A stretch of DNA of 64,000 nt, from positions 11,072 to 75,071 of the forward strand of contig JAZORF010000002.1 in the NCBI GenBank assembly GCA_045656545.1, given 5' to 3'. Positions 27,952 through 38,567 of this stretch are shown one piece after another. The first letter of the stretch is position 1. Every line of letters begins with the position of its first letter. Both the position numbers and the translations under genes were made by a program. The notes beneath the pieces were generated by a model. It was not told the DNA's origin and ran no database searches. It was given only the letters and a program-made list of their open reading frames with translations. The stretch comes from Acutalibacteraceae bacterium. Its GTDB lineage: Bacteria > Bacillota > Clostridia > Oscillospirales > Acutalibacteraceae.

Positions 27952-29502
27952 TTATTTTTCTTCGTGATATTCCTTCTCGGTGTTAACATTCCAGATGTTA
28001 TCTTTGCTTGTCTCACCCGACAGAATATTCTTTACGCACTCAAAAGAGGTGCACATACTGTGGTCAATATTATTGTAGCGATGCTGACCATTACGACCTA
28101 CGCAGAACAGATTGGGGATAGAATCAAGATACTCGCGCAGGGTATCCATATTCTCATAAGTGTCAAAGTATGCGGGGTATGCCTTCTTAACACGCTCAAC
28201 ATGAGAATCAAGCACCTCGTCCTCGCTTTTAATAAGACCCATAGTTGCCATTTCCTTAATTGCAAACTTGGCAAAATCGTCATCGGTCATAGACCACATT
28301 TCGTCACCTTCGTTGCAGAAATACTCAAGGCCAACCCAAACATTGTTTTCAATATCTTTAACCATATAAGGTGACCAGTTGTTGTAAATCTGGAAACGGC
28401 CCATTTTCACACTTCTGTCGTGAACATAAACCCAGTTGTCAGGCACAATGTTGCCCAAAGTTTTGATTTTAGTCTCGTTTTTAAGCAACAAATTAGGTAC
28501 AAGCACACCAACAGTCATATAATCGCGGTAGGGCAAACCTTTTGCGATTTCTGCACACTCTGCAGGCACATCGTTCATACCAAGAACCAAATCCTTAACA
28601 GGCATAGAAGAGATAACATAATCACCGTTGACAGTGACCTTCTCGCCGTCTTTTTCATAAACGACACCTGTTAATTGATTGTTTTCATTTTTAATAAGGT
28701 TAACAACCTTGGCGTTTTTGATGATGGTACCACCCATAGTCTCAAAATCAGCGGCAGTCAACTCCCACAACTGACCGGGGCCAAGTTTTGGATATGCAAA
28801 CTCCTCAATCAAAGAGGTTTCAACCACGCGGTTTTTCTTGTTGAATATTTTGCCAAAAATATCCTTAAGAATGGCTTTTATAGACAATCCTTTAACACGC
28901 TGTGCGCCCCATTCGGGTGAGATTTCACTAGGATGACGGCCCCACAGATTTTCGGTGTAATTTTCAAAAAACATTGAGTAGAGTTTTTTGCCAAAGCGGT
29001 TGATATAAAAATCCTCCAAGGATTTTTCCTCACGCTTAAAGAACACCGATTTAAGATAACTAAATCCTACAATAATGGTGGTGCCAAGCCCCATATTCTT
29101 AATGGTGTCAAACTTTAATGAAACGGGATAATCAAAGAATTTGTTGTTAAAGAAAATTCTTGAAAGACGGTTTCTTCTGAGCATAACACGGTCGTCTTTT
29201 TCGGGGTCGGGACCGCCTTCAGCAATAGTAGAGTTTCTGCCCAAAGCAACATCGTCAAAGGGCATAGCGCCTTGGGTGGGGAGCATCTTTTCCCACCACT
29301 CGTTAACCTCAGGCACCTTAGAGAAGAAACGGTGACCGCCCATATCCATTCGGTTGCCTTTATAGTTAACGGTTCTTGAAATACCGCCAAAGCAGTCGGT
29401 TTCTTCAAAAACGATAACTTCATAATCCTTTGATTTGTCCATCAATTCATAGGCAGCAGTAAGTCCTGCAGGGCCTGCACCGATAATTAAAACCTTTTTC
29501 AT
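27952..29502 (-). CDS. NAD(P)/FAD-dependent oxidoreductase (amine-oxidase / UDP-galactopyranose-mutase-like fold)
   Basis: 516 aa. N-terminal dinucleotide fold '[17 protein letters not shown]'. C-terminal '[15 protein letters not shown]'. Confidence 0.75.
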   Translation of the reverse strand: MKKVLIIGAGPAGLTAAYELMDKSKDYEVIVFEETDCFGGISRTVNYKGNRMDMGGHRFFSKVPEVNEWWEKMLPTQGAMPFDDVALGRNSTIAEGGPDPEKDDRVMLRRNRLSRIFFNNKFFDYPVSLKFDTIKNMGLGTTIIVGFSYLKSVFFKREEKSLEDFYINRFGKKLYSMFFENYTENLWGRHPSEISPEWGAQRVKGLSIKAILKDIFGKIFNKKNRVVETSLIEEFAYPKLGPGQLWELTAADFETMGGTIIKNAKVVNLIKNENNQLTGVVYEKDGEKVTVNGDYVISSMPVKDLVLGMNDVPAECAEIAKGLPYRDYMTVGVLVPNLLLKNETKIKTLGNIVPDNWVYVHDRSVKMGRFQIYNNWSPYMVKDIENNVWVGLEYFCNEGDEMWSMTDDDFAKFAIKEMATMGLIKSEDEVLDSHVERVKKAYPAYFDTYENMDTLREYLDSIPNLFCVGRNGQHRYNNIDHSMCTSFECVKNILSGETSKDNIWNVNTEKEYHEEK

Positions 29503-29504
29503 AA

Positions 29505-31085
29505 TTATTCTGAACTCCCATCTTTTTGGTTTTTATAAAGAAATACTAATAAAATTGGCGTAAGCATAAAGGTGTAGAAAAAGAATCTGCAAGAATCACC
29601 TGAGCCTGTAAGCAGCAGTGTTGTACCGAAATTGTATAAGAAAACAGGCAACACAAAGAATATCTTTTTCCAATCTGTCCACTTGTTGAGTTTGCATTTT
29701 GCAAGCACCGAAACAAGCAGTATTAGGTGCATCATACCCACATACATAAACAGGTGAGGGAACAATTTGTTAAAATCGGCAGTCAGTTGCTTGTCGAACC
29801 GTTGCATCTCTGCCTTGCTTTCCGACACCTCGTTATATTGGCTTAAGCCACTGTATGGGGTGATATAAAGATAAAAATCGTCGCTGACGGTATAAACAAC
29901 CTCAGTCAGTTTTATAAGGCCAGTGATGGAGGCTTTGGGGCAATCTTTAAAGCACCTTGCCGCCATATTAAGCACCTTAGCGGCGCCGTATTCCTCAATA
30001 ACATAGTTGTTGGTGCGATAGTCCCACTTAACCTCGTTGTATGAGCCGTAGTAGTATGTGCTTTGCCACACCTCTTTGGGTGCAACTTTGTATGCAAATT
30101 CCAGAATGTCTTTATCCACATTTTCGGTGTCAAATGTAACTGCGGCACCGATAACTGTCATTGGCATACCTAAAGTTTCAATCTGCCGACTGTCAGGGCT
30201 TTCAACCTTTAGTATAGCATAAAATGGATATTTAACTGCCCCAACCAAAACAATACAAGCGGCGGCAATAACAAGTGCTCGCTTTCGCGAAATAAACAAA
30301 AGCACCGCAAAAACAAAAGGCACTGTGAAAAGCAGAGCGTTGTGTCTAAAAAGGGTGGTTGCTACTGCAGTAAGCACAAAGCATATGATGTTAAGGGGGC
30401 GTTTTAACCACTCGCCCTTGGTAAAATAGACCTTTAGCCCATAGGTTACCATCAGCATAGCGCCTATTGCAAAAGAAACATCTTTCCAAGGGAACAGAGC
30501 CATACTTGATGTTTCGGGGTTTACAAGAATAAACAACATTGCAATCAGTGCATAGCCTGTGCTTGTGTACCGCTTGATTGCACAAAGACTGTATCCAATT
30601 ACCGCAGAAAAGAGTAACATTTGGAACAAAACTATAGAGCCAATCCACCCCCGCGTTATAAAAAGAGGCAGTTTAAAGGCAAACAAGGTGTGGAAAACGG
30701 GATGCCAGTCGTTATATACCCCTTGCATACACTGTTCGTATTGGGTAAGTGAATCGGTTGAAAAACAACCTGGATAATACAAAAAATAATGGAACAAAAA
30801 GACTATGAGGGGCGCTGCAAAAAACAAAATGCGCCACACATTGTCGTGAATGGCAAACTTGCACTGTTTACCCTCTGAAAACTCGAATTTGCGTACCAAT
30901 TTCAATATGAATGGACAAACTAAAAGACAGATAACCAACCATATCAGTGCGCCAATCCAAAACGCGCCGCTATAAGTTGTGTGGATGTACACTTGAGTTA
31001 GTGTAATGAAAAGGGTATAAAGGATAAAAATTATTCCGTTTGTACCCTCAAAATGATTGAATATTTTTTTACAAACAGTTTTCAT
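29505..31085 (-). CDS. Large polytopic membrane protein, possible GT-C-type glycosyltransferase
   Basis: 526 aa, more than 10 hydrophobic segments and one large loop. 2-nt gap to the downstream FAD enzyme gene. The functional call is inference from architecture only. Confidence 0.45.
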   Translation of the reverse strand: MKTVCKKIFNHFEGTNGIIFILYTLFITLTQVYIHTTYSGAFWIGALIWLVICLLVCPFILKLVRKFEFSEGKQCKFAIHDNVWRILFFAAPLIVFLFHYFLYYPGCFSTDSLTQYEQCMQGVYNDWHPVFHTLFAFKLPLFITRGWIGSIVLFQMLLFSAVIGYSLCAIKRYTSTGYALIAMLFILVNPETSSMALFPWKDVSFAIGAMLMVTYGLKVYFTKGEWLKRPLNIICFVLTAVATTLFRHNALLFTVPFVFAVLLFISRKRALVIAAACIVLVGAVKYPFYAILKVESPDSRQIETLGMPMTVIGAAVTFDTENVDKDILEFAYKVAPKEVWQSTYYYGSYNEVKWDYRTNNYVIEEYGAAKVLNMAARCFKDCPKASITGLIKLTEVVYTVSDDFYLYITPYSGLSQYNEVSESKAEMQRFDKQLTADFNKLFPHLFMYVGMMHLILLVSVLAKCKLNKWTDWKKIFFVLPVFLYNFGTTLLLTGSGDSCRFFFYTFMLTPILLVFLYKNQKDGSSE

Positions 31086-31195
31086 TTTAACTCCTTAAAT
31101 TCAGAAAAAAGAAACTAAATTATTAAACAACTATATATAATAATTCTACACCTATCACGCTTTTTAGTCAATGTTTTTTTGTTTATGACTACATT

Positions 31196-31235
31196 CACAA
31201 AAAAGACTCTCAAATCAAATGTGATTTGAGAGTCT
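31196..31235 (-). terminator. Intrinsic terminator of the zinc-ribbon membrane protein gene
   Basis: 14-bp stem AGACTCTCAAATCA/TGATTTGAGAGTCT. U-run on the minus strand. Confidence 0.85.
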
Positions 31236-31249
31236 GCTAACTGTAAATA

Positions 31250-32098
31250 TTAAAGAATGTTGTTTTGCTGAATATCGGTAAAGTATTTGCCAATAAGCAC
31301 TGATGCAAGAATGCCTGCAACGCCTAAACTGGCGGATGCAAAAAAAGCAACTATTCCGGATTCAAGTGATGAAAGGGATGCTACGGCACTGCACACACCA
31401 AAGAACATAAGCCAATTTTTTGCACTCACAGGGTTTGCAAAATAAGGAGCAGGGGAGTCAACCGATTGATAGGCTGACTTTACAAAGCGGTGGATTTTCT
31501 TCATACCCAAAAGATTGAAGATTAAAATCAGTGCGGCAACGAATATAAAGGCAAAGCCGAATATTAAACCTATTGCTGCAATGCCTATTTGAGCAATATC
31601 AACGCTAAGGTTAAGATTAAACCCAAATTCATCCATCAATTCGTAAAGGTAACCTTCCCCAAGCTTTGCAATAGTACCAAAAGAAACCGAAAGGATAATT
31701 CCACACACAATAAAAATGCCGCTAACAACGTTTGATATAACGTAATTAGCATAAACGGTGCCGCTTACACACCTTAAATGGTTAGTAGGAAGAATGCCTT
31801 TGCGACCGCTTGCAAATGCAAGCCAAAGGAAAATCGTAAACAAAATATGTAAGATGTCAGGCAGTGAACCGCTTAAAATAGAGCAACCGCAAGAAACAGT
31901 CATTAAAATGCAAATTGCCAAAAACAATTTATCCTGCACGGCAGACATCATTCTTTCTGCAAAGGGGTTAAAGATATTTGCAGATGGTTCAGACTGAATA
32001 GGCTGCTCAGGCTGAGGTGTGTAGGTAACAGGGGTGCCGCATTTTGAGCAAAATCCCATACCCTCCTGAATTTCAAAACTGCATTTTTGACATTTCAT
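31250..32098 (-). CDS. Zinc-ribbon membrane protein of unknown function
   Basis: 282 aa. N-terminal 'CQKCSFEIQEGMGFCSKCG' followed by about 6 TM segments. Confidence 0.7.
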   Translation of the reverse strand: MKCQKCSFEIQEGMGFCSKCGTPVTYTPQPEQPIQSEPSANIFNPFAERMMSAVQDKLFLAICILMTVSCGCSILSGSLPDILHILFTIFLWLAFASGRKGILPTNHLRCVSGTVYANYVISNVVSGIFIVCGIILSVSFGTIAKLGEGYLYELMDEFGFNLNLSVDIAQIGIAAIGLIFGFAFIFVAALILIFNLLGMKKIHRFVKSAYQSVDSPAPYFANPVSAKNWLMFFGVCSAVASLSSLESGIVAFFASASLGVAGILASVLIGKYFTDIQQNNIL

Positions 32099-32214
32099 AA
32101 AAAGACCTCCTTTAAGGTGTTTGTTATGTTTATAATATCACAAACCGACAGGTTTTTCAATGACAATTTAAATTCTGTATCAAATGTGCATCTTCTTAAA
32201 GCAGTTGTTGAATT

Positions 32215-32436
32215 TTATTTTTCTTTTTTAAGTTTATCAATGCGTGCAATCATTACCGATGCGTAGTGAATTCCGTGAGCATACTGTGCTTCGCGGATAT
32301 TAGCACCGATGCTTGTGCCACTGCGACCAATTTGGTTTGAAATTATATGTTCCTTGTTTTCTTTTAGGCATTTTACAAGATTTATAATGGAAACAGCAAA
32401 ATCAATTGATAGAACAGATAATTTATCATTACGCAT
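32215..32436 (-). CDS. Four-helix-bundle (23S rRNA intervening-sequence type) protein, C-terminally truncated or diverged
   Basis: ORF trimmed to ATG 32436. 'FAVSIINLVKCLKENKEHIISNQIGRSGTSIGANIREAQ' fits the family N-terminal half. The expected second half (..ALKE..ET.YWL..) is absent. Confidence 0.55.
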   Translation of the reverse strand: MRNDKLSVLSIDFAVSIINLVKCLKENKEHIISNQIGRSGTSIGANIREAQYAHGIHYASVMIARIDKLKKEK

Positions 32437-32487
32437 AACAGCAACAACTTTCCAAATAAAGTATAGCATAAACTTTAAGTCTTTTCA

Positions 32488-32643
32488 ATGAAAAATGAAG
32501 CATTGGCTTCGCCAATATGAAGCGCTTGCTAACGCTCGTATGAAGCGAAGCGCACATTTTTTCGTTATTTATGTTGCGAAGCAACACTTCATAGCCGAAG
32601 GCGACTTCATTCTTCATTAGCACCGTAAGGTGCGCTTCATTGC
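32488..32643 (-). repeat. Periodic hexamer / mini-hairpin inverted-repeat element, copy R1 (candidate structured ncRNA)
   Basis: On the + strand, ATGAAG at 32495, 32517, 32540 (plus ATGAA at 32488), then CTTCAT at 32587, 32605, 32612, 32635. Spacers form small hairpins. Homologous to 39121-39290 when read on the minus strand, i.e. downstream of tRNA-fMet. Confidence 0.6.
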
Positions 32644-32647
32644 AACC

Positions 32648-32684
32648 AAAAAAATAGCAGCCGACAAAGTCGACTGCATTTTTT
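32648..32684 (-). terminator. Terminator of tRNA-fMet (bidirectional)
   Basis: Stem GCAGCCGAC/GTCGACTGC (one mismatch, a G-U pair on the transcribed minus strand) flanked by A7 and T7. Confidence 0.75.
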
Positions 32685-32761
<77 letters not shown>

Positions 32762-32924
32762 ATATATGGCGCACTCAAAGTGCAAGACTTATTATACTAT
32801 ACCAAAATGATAAATGCAAGCATTATTTTCAAAAAAATAAAACTTTTTTACAGAGGATTGCCAAAAGCCTACTATATTATAGGCAAATATCAATAGTTTT
32901 ATACCAAATATATCCCCAAAACAG

Positions 32925-32953
32925 TTGACAAAAAGGCACCTTCATTATAAAAT
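32925..32953 (+). promoter_or_regulatory. Sigma-A-type promoter for valS
   Basis: TTGACA, 17-nt spacer, TAAAAT. Leaves a leader of only about 45 nt. Confidence 0.6.
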
Positions 32954-33002
32954 ATATATTTGACAAACTATGTTTTTAACTACTGTGAGAGGAGAGCATT
33001 AT

Positions 33003-35627
33003 ATGCAAAAACAGTTAGATAAAATATACGATCCTGCCAAAGTTGAGGACAGGCTGTATAAATTCTGGGTTGACGGCGGTTATTTTCACGCCGAGGCTGA
33101 TCCTGAAAAGGAGCCTTACACCATCGTAATACCCCCACCAAACATCACCGGTCAACTTCACATGGGCCACGCCCTTGACGAAACCTTGCAGGATATTCTT
33201 ATCCGTTTCCGCAGAATGCAGGGCAGAGCAACCTTGTGGCTTCCCGGCACAGACCACGCCTCTATTGCAACCGAGGCAAAGATTGTAGCCGCAATGGCAG
33301 AGGAAGGCATAACCAAAGAGGATTTGGGCCGTGAAAAATTCCTCGAGCGCGCTTGGGAGTGGAAGCGTCAGTACGGCGGCCGCATTGTTGAGCAGCTTAA
33401 AAAACTTGGCTCATCTTGTGACTGGGACCGTGAGCGCTTTACTCTTGACGAAGGCTGCAACAAGGCTGTTAACGAGGTCTTTATCCGTCTTTACGAAAAG
33501 GGACTTATTTATCGCGGCGAGCGTATTATTAACTGGTGCCCCACCTGTTGCACCTCTATCTCTGATGCAGAGGTTGAATATGAAGAGACTGACGGCAATT
33601 TCTGGCATTTGCGCTATCCCATTACTGACGGCAGCGGCTATATCGAACTTGCCACCACCCGTCCCGAAACCTTGCTTGGTGATACCGCCGTTGCAGTTCA
33701 CCCCGATGACGAGCGCTACAAGGCTCTTATCGGCAAAACTGTAACTTTGCCCCTTGTAAACCGCGAAATTCCCGTTGTTGCCGACACCTATGTTGAAATG
33801 GATTTCGGTACCGGTGTTGTTAAAATCACACCTGCCCACGACCCCAACGACTTTGAAGTTGGTCTTCGCCACAACCTTGAGGTTATCAACGTTATGACTG
33901 ACGACGCTCACATCAACGAAAAGGGCGGCAAGTACGCAGGTATGGACAGATACGAGGCACGCAAAGCCATCGTTGCTGATTTGGACGAGGGCGGCTTCCT
34001 TGTAAAAGTTGAACCTATGAAGCATAATGTAGGCCACTGCTACCGTTGTAATTCTACTGTTGAGCCTCGTGTTTCAAAGCAGTGGTTTGTTAAGATGGAG
34101 CCTTTGGCAAAGCCTGCTATTGATGCAGTTAAAAACGGGGATATTAAATTTGTTCCCGAGCGATTTAACAAAACCTACTTCAATTGGATGGAAAATATCC
34201 GTGACTGGTGTATCTCCCGTCAGTTGTGGTGGGGTCACCGTATCCCTGCCTATTACTGCGCCGACTGTGACGAGGTAATGGTTGCTTTGGATGCTCCTTG
34301 CAAGTGTTCAAAGTGCGGCAGCACCAATATTAGTCGCGACGAGGATACTCTTGATACTTGGTTCTCATCGGCACTGTGGCCCTTCTCAACGTTGGGTTGG
34401 CCTGACGATACTGATGACCTTAAATATTTCTATCCCACCAACACCCTTGTTACAGGTTATGACATTATTTTCTTCTGGGTTGCACGTATGATATTCTCAG
34501 GCCTTGAGTACACAGGCAAGGCACCCTTTGATACAGTTCTTATTCACGGCATTGTTCGTGATGCACAGGGCAGAAAGATGAGTAAGTCCCTCGGCAACGG
34601 TATTGACCCACTTGTAGAGATTGAAAAGTACGGTGCAGATGCACTCCGCTTCACTCTTGCCACAGGTAACAGCCCAGGCAACGATATGCGCTACGTGCCT
34701 GAAAGGGTAGAGGCTTCCCGCAACTTTGCCAACAAACTTTGGAATGCATCACGCTTTATTCTTATGAACTTGCCTGATGACGAGCCTGCTGCTCATTTGC
34801 CCGAAAATCTTTCTATGGAAGATAAATGGGTGCTCAGTCAGTACAACCGATTGGTTGCCGAGGTTACCGATAACCTTGACAAGTTTGAAATCGGTATGTC
34901 TGTTCAGAAACTTTACGACTTTATTTGGGATGTTTTCTGCGATTGGTACATTGAATTGTGCAAAGTCCGTCTTAACAGTGAAGATAAGATTGCCGCAGCA
35001 ACCGCTCGTGCAGTGCTTGTTTATGTAATGACAGGCGTGTTAAAACTGCTTCATCCCTTTATGCCTTATATTACAGAGGAAATCTGGCAAACTCTGCCTC
35101 ACGATGGCGAAAGCATTATGGTATCCGAATGGCCCAAGTTCACCGAAAGCCTTGTTTTTGATGAGGATGAGCGTGAGTTTGGCAGAATTATGGATGCTAT
35201 CCGTGCCGTTCGTAACCGCCGTGCAGAGATGAATGTTCCCCCCTCTAAAAAGGCAAAGGTTTATATTGATACCGTTTACGGCGATACCTTCTGCAAGGGC
35301 GCAATCTTCTTTGAACGCCTTGCATCTGCCTCTGAAACCGAGGTTAGTGAGGGTGTAGAGGTTGAAAATGCCGTATCAATCGTTACCGTTGATGCCAAGA
35401 TTTATATTCCTCTTGGCGAGCTTGTTGACCTTGCCGCAGAGCGTGCCCGACTCCAGAAAGAACGTGAGGCAGTGCTTAAGGATGTTGCCTTTGTTGAAAA
35501 CAAGCTCAACAATCCCTCATTTGTAGAAAAGGCACCCGAAAAGGTTGTTGCCGCACAGCGTGAGCAACTTGCCCGTCATCAAGAAAAGTTAGCAATGATT
35601 GACGAGCGCATTGCCGCACTTAAATAA
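33003..35627 (+). CDS. valS: Valine--tRNA ligase
   Basis: ORF trimmed to ATG 33003 after GAGAGGAGAG. '[15 protein letters not shown]' and 'KMSKSLGN' motifs. C-terminal coiled coil. Confidence 0.97.
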   Translation: MQKQLDKIYDPAKVEDRLYKFWVDGGYFHAEADPEKEPYTIVIPPPNITGQLHMGHALDETLQDILIRFRRMQGRATLWLPGTDHASIATEAKIVAAMAEEGITKEDLGREKFLERAWEWKRQYGGRIVEQLKKLGSSCDWDRERFTLDEGCNKAVNEVFIRLYEKGLIYRGERIINWCPTCCTSISDAEVEYEETDGNFWHLRYPITDGSGYIELATTRPETLLGDTAVAVHPDDERYKALIGKTVTLPLVNREIPVVADTYVEMDFGTGVVKITPAHDPNDFEVGLRHNLEVINVMTDDAHINEKGGKYAGMDRYEARKAIVADLDEGGFLVKVEPMKHNVGHCYRCNSTVEPRVSKQWFVKMEPLAKPAIDAVKNGDIKFVPERFNKTYFNWMENIRDWCISRQLWWGHRIPAYYCADCDEVMVALDAPCKCSKCGSTNISRDEDTLDTWFSSALWPFSTLGWPDDTDDLKYFYPTNTLVTGYDIIFFWVARMIFSGLEYTGKAPFDTVLIHGIVRDAQGRKMSKSLGNGIDPLVEIEKYGADALRFTLATGNSPGNDMRYVPERVEASRNFANKLWNASRFILMNLPDDEPAAHLPENLSMEDKWVLSQYNRLVAEVTDNLDKFEIGMSVQKLYDFIWDVFCDWYIELCKVRLNSEDKIAAATARAVLVYVMTGVLKLLHPFMPYITEEIWQTLPHDGESIMVSEWPKFTESLVFDEDEREFGRIMDAIRAVRNRRAEMNVPPSKKAKVYIDTVYGDTFCKGAIFFERLASASETEVSEGVEVENAVSIVTVDAKIYIPLGELVDLAAERARLQKEREAVLKDVAFVENKLNNPSFVEKAPEKVVAAQREQLARHQEKLAMIDERIAALK

Positions 35628-35636
35628 GGAGCATAT

Positions 35637-36887
35637 ATGAACTATACCGAAGCCGTAAGGTTTATTCACTCACGGCAGAGGTTCAGCTCAACTCCAAGTC
35701 TTGACCGAATAAAGCGCATTACTTCCTTGTGTGGAAATCCCCAACGAAGTATGCGCTTTATCCACATAGCAGGCACTAACGGAAAGGGCTCAACCTCTGT
35801 AATGCTCAGCAGCATATTAACCGCCGCAGGCTACAAAACGGGGCTTAGTACATCGCCTTATATCACTTGTTTTCGTGAGCGGTTCCGTATTAACGGAATT
35901 ATGATTAGTGAGGAAGAACTTGCCCAAACCGTTACCGAATTACATCCTATCATCACTGAGTTGGATGAGCAGGGGGTGGTTGCTAACGAGTTTGAGGTGG
36001 TTGTTGCCGTCACACTTTTGTGGTTTGCAAAGGAAAAATGCGATATTGCAGTTTTAGAGGTAGGACTTGGCGGCAGATTTGATGCCACCAACGTTATACC
36101 TGCACCCGATTCAGCCGTTATCACCCATATTGATTTGGACCATACTGCCATTCTTGGTGACAGTGTAAAGCAAATTGCCGCCGAAAAATGCGGTATTATT
36201 AAATCGGGCAGTAAGGTTGTGGCGTACCCCGTGCAATATCCCGAGGCAATGCAGGTGATAAAAGACAGTTGCGAAAAGGCAGATTGCCCTCTTGCTATAC
36301 CGCAAATTCCTGATTTTACTGCCGATTTAAGCGGTGCAACCTTTGACTACAAGGGCGAAAGTTATAATATATCACTTGTAGGTGAACATCAGGTACTAAA
36401 CGCCGTCACTGCTATAGAGGCGGCACTTGGAATAGGCATCGACATCAAGTTTATCAAGCAGGGCTTAGCCTCTGCCACAATGCCCGCAAGGGTAGAGGTG
36501 GTGTCAAAATCCCCTCTGATTATACTTGACGGCGCCCACAATCCCGATGGAATGACCGCCTTGTCAAAAACACTGCAAACACTATGCGACGTGAAACCTG
36601 TGGCAATAATGGGTATGCTTAAAGATAAGGATTGCGATTCGGCAGTAAAAAATGTTGCACCCCAATTCAGCAAGGTTATAACCGTTACGGTGGATAATCC
36701 CCGCACGATGACAGCAAATGAATTAAAAGCCTGCCTTGCCCCCTATTGCAACGATATTTGCACCGCCAATAATTTTAGCGAGGCATTAAATCTTGCAAAA
36801 GCAGAGGGTAAACCCATAGTAATTTGCGGCTCTCTTTATCTTGCTTCCCAAATTCGACCGCTACTTACAGAAAAACAAAATATTTGA
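35637..36887 (+). CDS. folC: Folylpolyglutamate synthase / dihydrofolate synthase
   Basis: 416 aa. Mur-ligase P-loop 'IAGTNGKGST'. valS-folC synteny. Confidence 0.92.
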   Translation: MNYTEAVRFIHSRQRFSSTPSLDRIKRITSLCGNPQRSMRFIHIAGTNGKGSTSVMLSSILTAAGYKTGLSTSPYITCFRERFRINGIMISEEELAQTVTELHPIITELDEQGVVANEFEVVVAVTLLWFAKEKCDIAVLEVGLGGRFDATNVIPAPDSAVITHIDLDHTAILGDSVKQIAAEKCGIIKSGSKVVAYPVQYPEAMQVIKDSCEKADCPLAIPQIPDFTADLSGATFDYKGESYNISLVGEHQVLNAVTAIEAALGIGIDIKFIKQGLASATMPARVEVVSKSPLIILDGAHNPDGMTALSKTLQTLCDVKPVAIMGMLKDKDCDSAVKNVAPQFSKVITVTVDNPRTMTANELKACLAPYCNDICTANNFSEALNLAKAEGKPIVICGSLYLASQIRPLLTEKQNI

Positions 36888-36916
36888 CGGCGGTTTTTTC
36901 GTGAAAAAATAAGCAG

Positions 36917-36949
36917 TATCCTGTATTATTCGTAATACAGGATATTTTT
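36917..36949 (+). terminator. Intrinsic terminator after folC
   Basis: 12-bp stem TATCCTGTATTA/TAATACAGGATA with a TTCG loop, followed by T5. Confidence 0.85.
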
Positions 36950-36968
36950 GTTTGAAAGGAAAAACTAT

Positions 36969-37295
36969 ATGTCGGTAAGAATAGAGCTTAGTGAGGACAA
37001 GCTTATTGCCTATCTTGAGGGTGAACTTGACCATCATGCCGCACCGCCAATCCGCCAACAGATTGACGAAGCAATTTTACATCACAAACCTAAAAATTTG
37101 ATAATTGATTTTGAGGCGCTTTCCTTTATGGATTCATCGGGTATTGGACTTGTTATGGGACGCTACAAAACTGCATCTGAGGTTGGCGCAACCCTGACGG
37201 TACAAAACATATCTGCTCAGGTTTATAAGGTAATGCGGCTATCGGGTATAGACCGAATTGCAGTGATAAAACTAAAAAGTCAAATGAGGGGGTGA
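36969..37295 (+). CDS. spoIIAA: Anti-sigma-F factor antagonist
   Basis: ORF trimmed to ATG 36969 after GAAAGGA. STAS domain with 'FMDSSGIGLV' (phosphorylatable Ser). Confidence 0.93.
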   Translation: MSVRIELSEDKLIAYLEGELDHHAAPPIRQQIDEAILHHKPKNLIIDFEALSFMDSSGIGLVMGRYKTASEVGATLTVQNISAQVYKVMRLSGIDRIAVIKLKSQMRG

Positions 37296-37299
37296 AAGA

Positions 37300-37737
37300 A
37301 TGAAAGCAGTAAATCAAATAAAATTGACCTTGCCGTCACTTTCGGCAAACGAGGGCTTTGCCCGTGTGGCAGTGGGTGCTTTTGTATCACAACTTGACCC
37401 AACGGTAGATGAGCTTGCTGATATAAAAACTGCCGTCAGTGAGGCAGTTACTAACTGCGCCGTCCATGCTTACGGGGACGCCATAGGCACAATCTACATA
37501 ATAGCAGAGTATTATTCCGACCGCACCGTAAAAATCAAAATTAAGGATAAGGGATGCGGTATCGAAAATATTGAACAGGCAATGCAACCTATGTGGTCAT
37601 CCCTTGGGGGCGAGCGTGCAGGACTTGGCTTTGCAGTTATGCAGTCCTTTACCGACGGGGTAAAGGTACGCTCTGTACTTGGCAAAGGTACCACTGTAAC
37701 ACTCAAAAAGGTGCTTAGTCAGAGGGTGCATATATGA
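37300..37737 (+). CDS. spoIIAB: Anti-sigma-F factor (serine kinase)
   Basis: 145 aa. HATPase N-box 'SEAVTNCAVHAY' and G-box 'GLGFAVM'. Confidence 0.93.
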   Translation: MKAVNQIKLTLPSLSANEGFARVAVGAFVSQLDPTVDELADIKTAVSEAVTNCAVHAYGDAIGTIYIIAEYYSDRTVKIKIKDKGCGIENIEQAMQPMWSSLGGERAGLGFAVMQSFTDGVKVRSVLGKGTTVTLKKVLSQRVHI

Positions 37738-38399
37738 GTGTTGCCCAGCGTAACCAATTGGTGTCGGATAATATAGGGCTTGTCCACTCATGTTGCCGAC
37801 GTTTTTCGGGCAGGGGGATTGAGTACGACGACCTTTTTCAAGCAGGATGTTTGGGGCTAATCCGTGCCGCCGAGGGATTTGACAATGACAGAGGCATAAT
37901 GTTTTCAACCTATGCTTTTCCTGCTATATTGGGCGAAATCCGCCGCCTTTTTCGTGACGGGGGAGCGGTCAAGGTTAGCCGTAGCCTTAAAGAACTGGCA
38001 ATGCGTTGCCTGAAAGAGCAGGAAAAACTGTCAAAGACGTTGGGCGAAACGCCTACCGTCAGTCAACTTGCTGAGGCAATGGGCGAAAGTGTTGAAGCAG
38101 TCAGTGAGGCTTTGTGTGCTGCACAGCCTACATTGTCACTGACAGTGGGCGCAGACGGGGAGGAGGGGGCAGAGTATGACCTGCCCACCGATGACACCAC
38201 CTCAAGACTGTGCGAAAATATGGCACTCAGGCAGGTGATGGACAGTCTTGACGAAATTGACCGTAAAATGATAGAATTGCGATATTTTGATGAATTAACT
38301 CAAACTCAAACGGCAAAAATACTTAATATGTCACAAGTGCAGGTGTCTCGTCGGGAGAAAAAGGTGATAGCTATCATTCGCGAAAGGCTAAAGTGTTAA
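37734..38399 (+). CDS. sigF: RNA polymerase sporulation sigma factor F
   Basis: 221 aa. ATGA overlap with spoIIAB. Region 2 'DDLFQAGCLGLIRAAEGFD' and region 4 'TQTQTAKILNMSQVQVSRREKK'. Confidence 0.92.
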   Translation: MSVAQRNQLVSDNIGLVHSCCRRFSGRGIEYDDLFQAGCLGLIRAAEGFDNDRGIMFSTYAFPAILGEIRRLFRDGGAVKVSRSLKELAMRCLKEQEKLSKTLGETPTVSQLAEAMGESVEAVSEALCAAQPTLSLTVGADGEEGAEYDLPTDDTTSRLCENMALRQVMDSLDEIDRKMIELRYFDELTQTQTAKILNMSQVQVSRREKKVIAIIRERLKC

Positions 38400-38426
38400 T
38401 AAAAAGCAAAAAAATGAAAAAAACTG

Positions 38427-38455
38427 TTGACAAGTCAAGGGCGTTGTATTATAAT
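38427..38455 (+). promoter_or_regulatory. Consensus sigma-A promoter of the tRNA operon
   Basis: TTGACA, 17-nt spacer, TATAAT, about 30 nt upstream of the first tRNA. Confidence 0.75.
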
Positions 38456-38485
38456 ATCAAAGTCGCACGATATGTGCACCTGTAT

Positions 38486-38562
38486 GGCGGTATAGCTCAG
38501 TTGGCTAGAGCATTCGGTTCATACCCGAAGTGTCGTTGGTTCAAATCCGACTACCGCTACCA
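38486..38562 (+). tRNA. tRNA-Met (CAU), elongator type
   Basis: GGCGGTATAGCTCAGTTGGCTAGAGCATTCGGTTCATACCCGAAG..GCTACCA. Close to the Bacillus elongator tRNA-Met. A lysidine-modified Ile2 identity cannot be excluded by eye. Confidence 0.8.
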
Positions 38563-38567
38563 TATAT

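Noticed and set aside
32488-32643. CRISPR array or iteron-type replication origin, considered for both R1 and R2.
   Set aside because: The repeat unit is only 6-7 nt with a ~20-nt period, and it is arranged as an inverted repeat. There are no cas or rep genes. The spacers are homologous between the two loci, unlike CRISPR spacers.
36939-36968. Sigma-H-type promoter for spoIIAA (AGGATAT ... GAAA).
   Set aside because: The match to the -10 RGAAT consensus is poor and the -35 lies inside the folC terminator stem. I could not support it from sequence alone.
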